Assembly: GCF_018977255.1 (NCBI RefSeq)
Contig: NW_024704743.1
Location: 32,862,001-32,926,000 of the forward strand
DNA length: 64,000 nt
DNA from: Callorhinchus milii
Taxonomy: Eukaryota
Direction: 5' to 3'
The position numbers and the translations under genes are program-made. The notes under the pieces are model-generated. The model was given only the letters and a program-made list of their open reading frames with translations. It did no database searches and was not told where the DNA came from. This document shows, in pieces, positions 41,905 through 52,900 of the stretch (position 1 is its first letter; the number at the start of each line of letters is the position of its first letter).

Positions 41905-43031
41905 AAGCTTTCCAGCTATATCATCATCTGAAGGACAGCACCTCCAACAAGGCAGTACATCCCAGCATTGCATTTGAGTGTTATCTTATGAGTCCTGATG
42001 TGGGACCCACAACATTCTTACTCAGAGGCAAAAGTGCTTCCAACTGGTCCAACCTGGCACCTGATAGACTTTGCAAAGGGGAACGCTGAAAGAGATCTGA
42101 AAGAGATCTAGGGTATTAGTTGATTCAACCGTTATTATGTAAAACAACATGAGGCAACAATAGCAAAGATGCTGGGTTCTATTGCCAAATCGGTCAAGCT
42201 CGGATCCTACAAAAGTCATACTGAAGCTGTACAGTGCTTTGATCAAGCCTATCAAGCCCACTATGTAAGTATTATGTACAGTTCTGATAACTGGAACATA
42301 ATGGGACCACCCAGGCCCTGGAGGCAGTACAGAGGAGAGCAAGAAAGAACACCCCAGTGTTAGTGGAATGAGCAATGTGCAGCGATTAGACAGGCTAGAG
42401 CTCCTCCATCTTGAAAAGAAGACTTCCAGAAGGAGCCTTAAAAGTATATTGATTTTCTATTCCTGTTCAGGTGGATATTAAAGGTCCTAGGGCACTGTTT
42501 GAAAACAGAAGGAAGTTCTTCTTGTATCTTGATTAACAAATAAAATTGGTTACTCATTTCATTGCTGTGCGCATATTGGCTGTATCATCGCCTACAAAAT
42601 ACACAATCACTACATGATGTGATAAGGCCTGCTATATTATTATAATTATTATTTAAAAGAAAGTAAACCCAGAACTGGACATTGGGTGCTCAGGGTAATT
42701 TCAGGACCTAAACCCTGAAATATTTATTTTCCTAGAGGGTAAACAGCAGCAACTGGAATGCGATACCAAGAAAGATGTTCAGGTCAGGACAATGAACTCA
42801 TTTTGAAAAAAAAGATTGATGCAGCTTTAAGCCCTCTGAGATGCTAAACAGTATGAACGGTCCTATATAACTTTAAGTTGTTGATGATAGTGTAGATATT
42901 TTGGAATAATTAGATCAAATAGATCAAAGGTAATTGTTCATCTGAATCTCTCTTGTAACCTACAGTAATATAGTTGAGTGTTACTCAACAAAGTAGGGAA
43001 CTAATTTGACTTAACCAACATTACCAGCATC

Positions 43032-43825
43032 TTTATTTTTTTTTCGAAGCCACTTCACAACCAGCTCTAATCGTTACATTCAGTATCTTCAAGTAATATA
43101 ATACAACAGTCCAATAAACGTAACATGCAAAATTGTTTTGTTTAATAACAATAATAATAAAATTATTCAGTTAATTATTCTGGTAGTGTATTTTCTGAAA
43201 TGCTAAAAACCTTTGAAGAAAGCACACTTGAAACCAGTACTGTGGTGATGTCTGAATGCTATTGGTGTGCAGTAACTACAGTACCTAGAGCTTCTTTAAC
43301 TTGTTTACAACTAGATGCAGATCCTGGGTTCTTTGTTGCAACAGCAAGATTACTGGTGTCTCAAGAGACATGGTGCAAGATTTTCTAAAAAATCTATTTA
43401 GTATTTCATAAAGAACAAGATTTACCTGACCTAAAGCACCATGCCTCTTTATTCATAGTCATAATGCTCAAAGCAACAAAATTCAATGGTACGTAACCTT
43501 TATGTCAAGGTGCACATACATTGCTGAATAATATTTATTTGCAACTGGATTTGTAAACTGCACAAATGGACCTAGATCCTTGCATAACAACGTTCTCATA
43601 ATTTTAGCATTTCAGATTATGTTTTACATCAGGGCTGACAAACCCATTAGTGAATCTAGACATGCAAATCAAATGCCTCTTTGCCAACCCAATTACCAGA
43701 CATCACTCTGGTACTTCAAAGGCCTTGGGTTACACTGCTAGTATCAATGCATTAGTAACTAGGTTAATAGTAAAAGTTGTATTAATTTGTGAAGAAAGAC
43801 AAGGTGGTTTCGCTGCACTGTCAGC
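43032..43825 (-). other. SCGN: Probable SCGN 3' UTR with candidate AATAAA poly(A) signals
   Basis: AT-rich stretch downstream of the stop; minus-strand AATAAA (plus tttatt) at 43534-43539, 43448-43453 and 43032-43037; the true 3' end cannot be determined from sequence. Confidence 0.5.
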
Positions 43826-43954
43826 TCATTGGTTTAGTTTCAATCCAAGACACAAGGCAAGCTCAGACTTCTGGATTTTCCCATCCTGGTTCACATCACA
43901 GTGACGCAGTAGAATTTCACGTAATTTGTCAAGATCAACCCCACGTATAGATGG
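43826..43954 (-). CDS. SCGN: SCGN terminal coding exon (EF-hand 6, [12 protein letters not shown]; stop TGA)
   Basis: cag|CCA TCT ATA...AAC CAA TGA; 129 nt. Confidence 0.96.
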   Translation of the reverse strand, partial: PSIRGVDLDKLREILLRHCDVNQDGKIQKSELALCLGLKLNQ

Positions 43955-46900
43955 CTGTGCAAGAGAAGAAGAAACAGTCAGTTGATAAAGAATGTAATGC
44001 TGTCATTAATATATTCCGTTTGTAATAGTCATTTTGTAATGGTACGTTTTTAATAAATCTCATTCACCCGAAATATAAGGATTACTTCTTGATGTAAAAT
44101 GTTATAGTTGTCACAAATTCTAAAAGTTAAAAACTGCTACACTGTACTTTGTTCAATGTTTAAATTATAATAATTTAAAAATCTATTTGTATGCCTCTGT
44201 GCACAGTTCTGGGAGCCTTAGCAGTCTGTTCCCATAGCAACACGCAGTGCTCATCTCCAACTGCACTGAGATCAGATGATACTGTATATACTGAGACCTT
44301 CAGTTCTATCAACATTCTCCAGGTTTAGACCTGAAATCAGCCTACGGTTCTCTGCCTTCAGCCAACATTGAATTTTCTAATTGATTTGAAAAAGTTAGGA
44401 AAACAAGCAATTTTAAAAAAAAAACAATCTGATGGACATCAAGATGTCACAAATTGTCCGGATCTCCGCTCCAGCAAAAAGTATCTGGCAATTGGCAGCA
44501 GGAAACTGGTGTTATTTCAGCTCAAATAATCTGACTTGAACACAGTGACAGGCAATGAGGAGAAAGATTATTATTATTAAGAATATTACACTAGTTCATT
44601 TCAGAGGCACCTCATGTTTGCACTCACTTACCAGCTAATTTCCCCTCATTTTATTTTAAAATTAACAATCTAAAATTACATTCATTTGAAACAACAATTT
44701 CTTTATTTTTCTAATTTACTAATTTAAAAAACAATACGTTATTAATCTGATAGAAACACTCACATATTACGAATCAGAAGTGACCCTGGAGATAATCACT
44801 ATAACAATCAGAGGGCTCCCATTGGAGTCAGTTCACTGAGAGCCATTGATTGCCACTTAATTTAGAATTTGTTTCTGGGTTTATTTTCCTTCTCTCCACC
44901 CAGTTTACTCAGCTAATGATACAAAATGTACAGCTATGGCAATTGGTAGCTGGCAAATTGTCCCCTTGTCTGACATCAAAGGATAATGACTCGTAAGAGC
45001 ATGAAGACGTCTTTGGGAATAACCATTGTGCTGGAGTTGAGGGACAACCAGTCTGGGTAGATGGAAAAATGAGACGTTTCAAAATAGATTCTGTTCTGTA
45101 ACAGAGTCAAGATTCGATGATTATTGAATCCGTTATGAAACAACTGGAGTCCTGTAGCTCAGTGTTTAGAGCACTCGCTTTGCAAGTGAGAGACCTGAGT
45201 TCAATTCCAGGCAGGTCAGGGCGAAACCTTGGGCAAGTTTCCTTACTCCACACGCCTAATAATAATCCCTCCAAAACCAAAAACAATAATAAAAATTGGT
45301 CATTTTCAATCTACGACTGTTTGTGGGACATTGCTGTGCGCAATTGGCTGCCACGTTCGCCCACAAATATACAGTCAATTCACTTTACAGTGTGTTCTGT
45401 GAAGTGCTTTGGGACGTCCTCCCGACATGAAAAGCGCTATATCAAATGCAAGGATTATTATTATTATTATTATTAACTGCATTTTTCCAACCAAAGGATG
45501 TTACAGCACAGAAACAAGCCATTTAGCCCACCAAGTCTGCATCATTGATTTTCTCCAAATCAGCCACTGGTCTAATTCCAAATCCTGCTCATTCCTCATA
45601 TGGGGAAATCTATAATTGAAGCTCAGAATCTTACAGCCAAGTTCAGACTGAAGGCACCAGATCACGAAAGACATTTGAAAACCTTTCATATGAGGGGACA
45701 AACAGTGAGATACTGTTGCTGAGGCCAGGAGCTTTAAAAAAAGGACTAGTCTGGAGTTGCACAGCCCAGAAATGGAGGGAAGTGGAGGATCATGAGATTT
45801 TGTGTAACTTGCTTAATTATTGGATAAGAGGGCCTCTCCTAATAGATGGTAAAAGTAAACAATCAAAAAGTACTTGTTCAAAGTTTTTCTTTGTCTCGTT
45901 TGGCATTTCTTCTTTAAGGAGTCTTGTAGTGTAGTAGTTAGCGCGTTCGCCTCGCAGCAAGAGGACCCGGGTTCGATTTCCAGCTAGGGCGAAACCTTAG
46001 GCAAGTTTCCTTACTCCACATACCTCTATTTGCCTAGTAGTAGGTAGGAACCTGGTTGTTAGTCGATTGGCTGATAGCTTTGTGGGATTAATAATCCCTC
46101 CAAAAAAAGAATTTGGTCCACGACTGTTTGTGGGACACTGCTGTGTGCAATTGGCTGCCATAATCGTCCACAAAATACACAGTCAATCCACTTTACAATA
46201 TATTCTGTGAAGCACTTTAAGGCAATCTGATAAGGCGCAATATCAAATACAAGAATTATTATTATAGTTTTTAAAAGCACATTCCAACCTATGATCACAT
46301 TAGTCCTGGTGGTATTGCGGTAACTAAGGAGACTGGAAGTGATGGTGTGAACCAATAGGTTGGGAATTTTGCTTGGTCTATATGTGGGAGATGTGTATAA
46401 TCCGAGAAATATTTTTTAAAAGTGCTTTTCAATTTGGAAAGGGAATTTAATGTATGATTACTCACCTTCACCAGTTCCATCATATCCTTTACAAATCCAT
46501 CTACCTCAGGGCCCTCCAGGGCTCCCGTTTTACTCTGCAATAGAGAAGGCAATCAATAAAAAAGTACTTTCTCAACAATTATACAGCAGTATTTCATTGT
46601 CTGAAACACTATCTTTGCTGATTGACACCCTTCCATTTTCTACATGTACAGTCTTATAGATTCCCACACTCTCTATCTTATATTCTGCCACTGTTAGGCC
46701 TATCTTCTCAATTGGTCCCAATTTTTCTTCTGTATTGGCCATCTAACCCTGTAGCTTTACATCCTGAGCAAATTTTAATATACTGACTGTAAAATTACCA
46801 TCTTCAACTTCCTCTTACCTCTGAACTCATTTACCCTTAATTATAGCTGCCTCGCACTGCTTGGGCATATCCACAAGTTAGCACTCATCCACAAATTTAC

Positions 46901-49900
46901 CTTCTCATACAACTCACCTGACTATTTGCTTTTAAATCTGTGCAACTACTGTGCTCTTTAAATGTGCATGCACAGCATTACTTATAATGCTCTCAAGTAC
47001 TTGTTCCACTATACACATTATGTGGAGTGGTCACCAATTTCCATGGTGATGTCTTCCTCCATTTATGAACAACATTTTCTTTCTTCCAATGCTCAGGTAC
47101 AGCTCCTTTTGGAGTTCCTATGAATATTAAATCAGAGCCTCACCCATTTCCTCTTGCCTTTCCCCAAGAAATTGTAGCTTTATCCAGCTTAGGCCGATTG
47201 TCCATATTTACGGTAATTCTTTTAATTTCTTTGTTAAAACATGCTTTGTTGATCTCCCTTTATCAGAATTGCTGAGCCAAAATTACTCATTTGAGTATAA
47301 CATTTAAACTTAAACCTACGTATTTTTAAAACCTCAATAATTTAATGAATTTATATAGTTTAGATAGTTAACTAGCAAATGTTGGAGATGAGGACATTCT
47401 TTAGCAGAACTAAGGACTTTGAGTCAAGGGGTAGGAACCAAAGATTCCAACTTGTTTAATCAATGCTGCATTTTCATTTTCAACACTGATTCATTCCTCA
47501 TTCCTCTAAATGTTTATTTATACAATCTTCACTTTACAGTGTCAAACTGAACTGCGAAAATCACTGCAGAGATGAAGGACTCCAGTGAGGAAGAGGCAGA
47601 TGGGACAAGGCTGACAATACAAGGCCAATGGCAAGACTTGGCAGACAAAGAAATAACTTGGCACAAATAGACGTAAATTGGCATGTTCTCAAGACAAAAA
47701 ATAATATATTCTTTAAAAATCATTAGATAAACGTAATAATAATTCTTGCATTTAATATGGTGCCTTTCATAATTAAGGGTAGGAATATGTCACAAAGGAT
47801 GTACTATAATGTGTGGTGACTGTATTTTGTAGGTAAACGTGATAGCCTATTTGCCACAGTAATGTCCCCACAGACAGCCATGATGTGAGTGACCAATTTT
47901 ATCTGGGACATTGTTGGCCGGGTCACTGGGAGAAACTTCCTTTAACAACTCCTAAATGACGTTCCTGATGCTTCATTGTAGTCACCGAAAAAACGCTTAC
48001 ACCATCAATTATAAAGTTTACTAAGGCAAATTAGAACAGGTGACGAGGATGACAAATCCCAGTGCGTTAAGCTAATATTATAGAAACTAATGGACTCGGC
48101 AGGTCAAACCCACAGAGGCTGATCTGAAGCCCATAACTGAGTAATGAACTGAAAGCGCTAAGCAGGGTTGGCTGCAATCTCCCTGTGGTACACAGTTTGC
48201 TAACACACACTCTCAAATCTCACACATGAACACTGGCCATGTGTACCAGAGGGCAACTCGTACGTATCAAAACTGAAGGAAAATTGAAGCGCCTGCTTTC
48301 AGAAAAGAAAGATGGTAATAACAGGGAAGAAGGAAAAGAAATGGCTCTTAAACATGCAAGTGAAACAATTGGCTTACTTGGAATGAAACGAACACTGAAA
48401 ATACAACAGGTTATCTGGTAGCACATAACCTAGTGAACAATGAACACACGTGTAGAACGCATGCACACACAACCCTCCCCCAGAGTTTAAATATTCATGA
48501 AACTTACCACGTCATAATGTTTGAAAATCTCCTCAAAATCGCGACGCCTGTCCTCCACACTGCAGGCCTAGGTTTAAAGGGAAAAAATGAATCAAAATAT
48601 TGTGCTATAGAAACTGATCTGTTTTAACTTTAAAAAAGATTTTTTATAATATATCAAACTTGTTGCTAACAATTGCCTTTAAAGAAAAGGCAATTGTTAG
48701 AAACAAGTTTGATATATTATAAAAAATCTTTTTTAAAGTTAAAACAGATCAGTTTCTATTGCAAAAAAATTTCAGTTTGCTTGTTTCACACAAAGCCGAT
48801 AATAATAATAATCCTTGCATTTGATATAGCGCCTTCTCATGTCATTGAGACATCTCAAAGTGCTTCACACAATATATAGTAAAGTGGATTGACTGTGTAT
48901 TTTGTGTGTGAAACGTGGCAAATAAACTAAACAAATAGAAAAGATGTATCTTCATGGGACTGAAGCAAAATAAGCAGCGGAATAAAACAGCAGACCAAAA
49001 TGGGAAATTATTAGATGAATATGTACTGACATTACAGGGAAGAAAGGATAGATCTGGGAAAATAAAGGTCAGAGGGGAAGTTGAATATATGTGCAACTTC
49101 CAGAATAGCAGAATCAAAAGTTCTTCTATTCTGGAGGTTGCACTCACATTCAATTTCCCCTCTAACATAAAGAATAAAACTTCTCTAACTTGTCCCATTA
49201 TTATGGAACTCACGCTTTTTATTGCTAAATGCAATGGGTAAGGGGGTTTAGGAATAAACCGTGCAGTAGTAGTCTGTGAGCGCACAGTGTTCCAATGTAA
49301 ATTTGCATTAATAATTGGCTTTTGAGGATATTATTTCTGTATCAATGCCAAAAACAAAAAAAACTTCTAGTTTAAAGATTTACCCTGCAGCCCTGCACAT
49401 TGCTTGGTGCTATTCTGCATTCTTTTTCTCTTTTTGTCTTTAAGTCCTACCTAAAATTCTGCCTCTTTAAATGTGCCTATGGTCACCTCCCTCTCCCCCT
49501 CTCTCTTTGCCCTTGCTCAGTGTCCAGTCCTGTCTCTGTGAAGCACTCCAAAATGTTACCCTACGTGAAGGTCGTTATATAAATGCAAGTTGCTGTTGAT
49601 TTACATTATATGAAAAAGCACTTCTCTGAACAACAGCTGCATAAACCGCTCATACATTCTTGTGCTAACTCTTTATTGCTGTTATCTAAGATCTTATTCT
49701 ATCAATCTCGCCAAGGTAAATGGAAATTTTATTCAATTCTAAATATAATGAAAATCTAATGGTTTTTTTTATTACAAATTTGAAAATAAAGGAAAAGCAG
49801 AAATTATGATTGATATTCATTTTCGAGAATTGACAACTGAAAGATTGGGGTTGAAGTTTGGCCACAGGGCATATCTCACTCACAAAATACACAGTCAATT

Positions 49901-52900
49901 CACTTTACAGTATATTCTGTAAAGGGCTTTGAGACGTCTCAACAATGTGATAAGGCGCCATATCAAATGCAAGTATTATTATTATTATTATTTGTTGATT
50001 TTGATCGTGTTGTCAGGGGAAAGTAAAAAGTGAAGGCTTGGTGCCGCCTGCCTTTTGAGATAGGAAGAAAAATCATCAGCATGGGTATCCTTACAGTCAA
50101 GTCAAAACTGACTTTGTCAAATGACCAGTAGAAGGCTGCTATCCTGCCCTCATCCTCAGATAATGATGCACACAGGAGAAACATGCATAGAAGAGAAACG
50201 TACGCACAGCAGAAGAGCAAACAGCGTTGAACTCTAGAGGTTCCAAACATTGGTGTCCGGATCATTATTAACTCTAACCTGGACCTCGATATATGATCCT
50301 GTGGGAATACAAAGTAATCTAACAGACCCAATCCCTGGTAGAAAGGTTTAGCAATGTTCAAACCCACATCTTCTGGGATTTTCCTGTAAGGGGATGTATT
50401 TGATGTTCCAGTAATCCAATCTCTTATAGTTTCACTGAGAAAGTGTAATCAACATTTCCTCTCATTGTACTGCAGAACAACTAGAGTTTAGCCTCAGACA
50501 CCAGAGCAAATGGAAGATCAACTGCAGCATCTGCTAATATGACAAAAATGCTTTTAGTTTTAATTTTCCTTTCCTTTAGATGTGACCCTACCACAAAAAC
50601 ATTCCTGGCCTATCTGCAACCAATGCTATAGTTGAGTCGGCTACAAGGAGCAGAGGGAGGGTGAGTGCAATGTGAATGGAGCGAAGGAGTATCCGAGCCT
50701 CTGGCCTCCATCAATGAGTGAGCTCTCAGTGTTTAACATGATCTCTCCTGTGATACCTCACTCCTGCTTATACCATGACACAGCACTTCAGAAAAGGAAC
50801 AGGCAGAAAAGCTCTGTCTGTGTGTGTGTGTATGTGAATATGTTTTTGTGTGTACGTGTATGTTTTTTGTGCGTGCGTGTGTTTTTTGGTGTGTGTGTAT
50901 ATGTTTTTTGTGTGTGTGTGTGGGGACCGGGGGAGAGACAAGCTGGAAACCCATTTCTAAGATATGTATTAAAAGTAAGGTTGAACTTACGTCCATTTTG
51001 AATTGTAAGAGGAAATTCTCTTCCAATGACAGAATCCTTCAAACATACAACAAGATTGATGGTTAGCGAACTTTGTTTTGCTGCCCAACAATTGCACACA
51101 ACAACTACTTTGCATGAAATGACCAATTAATCTGTTTTGGGTGAATTTGCATGAAGGAGACATGTTATAATAATAAATTATGGACAACTCATATGGTGCC
51201 TTTAAAATCAAACTATCTCAAGCAATTCACAAGTACGGAGAACTAAAGCCAGATTTTAGCCAAACCATATATATTCTATAAGGTGTAAAATGATCATTGT
51301 AAAGCTAGAATCTGGAGTTGGATGATGTTGGAACATAGGAAAAGAGGGACCGGAACAGGCCTTTCATCTCATCAGACCTGTTCCACCAGTTTATTGGATC
51401 TTGATGCCTACCATGCTCTTTAATACCTCAATTACCCAAGGTTCTGTCTCTCTCTCTCTCATTTAAACATCTCTATTGATTCAGCCTTTACTGCATTTTG
51501 GGCAAGGCATTTCATAGACATGGCTTGGAGCTGCCTTTTAAACGTTAAAGAGGTTAAATGCATTTTAAAATTCAAGAGCTTTCAGGAAATGTTGCGTAAA
51601 CCAACAAGACAAAGGAGAACTCTGTTATCGTATGGTCATCTGCGATCTCAGGCGCGATGCGAGTGCCAAACAAAGTCCAACTTCTGGATCATTGGATTGC
51701 TTCCACTGTCACTTCCTGTGTGAAGTTCAGGAAGTGACGTATGTGAAAACCCTTGTGCAGGAAATGAAGCTTCAGTGCTTCCTCCTGTACAGTGCGCTGT
51801 TATTGCTGATAACAGCAACCTGACAACCTGGAAGCTATTTATTAGAATGGGACGGAAAATGCTGAAAGTTGTATCTGTACCACACTTCTGGAAACCGTGG
51901 GTGCACAGGACACCCAGGCTAAAAGTGAACTCAAGCTATAGCGTGGCGCTGTCCAATAACAGGGTTGGCCTGTATTTCTCCTGTTAAAGGAATTGACTGA
52001 GGAAGTCTTGACTGAGGGATAAGTCAACTCCTGAGCTGCAGAGAAAATCTGGCTAATCTGTGAACTTAGAAGTCCCCGCGGTGGTTTCAGAACCCAGCAC
52101 CATTCTCCTAATAAAACCTTTTAAAGGTTATTACAGCATTTTTATTCTTCTTTGTATGAATCTACAGTTTTGGTCTTGTGTTGTATTTAGCTCAATTATT
52201 TAAATTCTATTTCTGTTAAATCTATTTCTGATTCAATTGCCTGAGCCACTAAAGTGATACTGTTCACTGAAAGAGAAAGCCATTGTATTGACGGGGTTGT
52301 ATGTTTAGCCTAGTGAACGCATTATTACTGAGGGAGAATGCGTCCCTTTCTTCATTCAAGTATTTATGTTATTGCCTGTTTGTTATACTGGTACTTTTTT
52401 AATACAAGTACAATACATAACTATATAACTGCCCTGTTATAATGTGCACAAATTTGGTTATAAAATTATTATAAAGCACAAAATTTGGTTCTAATGAGTT
52501 TGCACTGTGGACTTCATTCTCTGCCCACATACAGAGTCAACACTTGTTTCCTGCATACCAGATGGCATTTGGCTAAATTGTTCTACTTCTGAGCAAAAAA
52601 CAATAACAAAATTACATTTGTATAGTGCCTTTCACATCGGGAGAATATCCCAAGGCGCTGAACAATGAATGGTTCAGACCTGAGCTGGGGGTCGGGATTG
52701 GGGAGGGTGGAGGGCAGTGGGGGTAAGGATGGTGACCGAAGGCACGGTCGAAGAGGAGGGTCTTGAGACAGGTCTTGAAGGAGGCAAGAGAGGGGGTGAG
52801 GTGGAGGGACTGATAGCGGGCAGGTTTGTAGGGGGGTTAGAAGGTTGCAGAAGTAGGGGGACCAAGGCAGTGAAGGTCTTTGAAGGTAAAGACCAGAATC

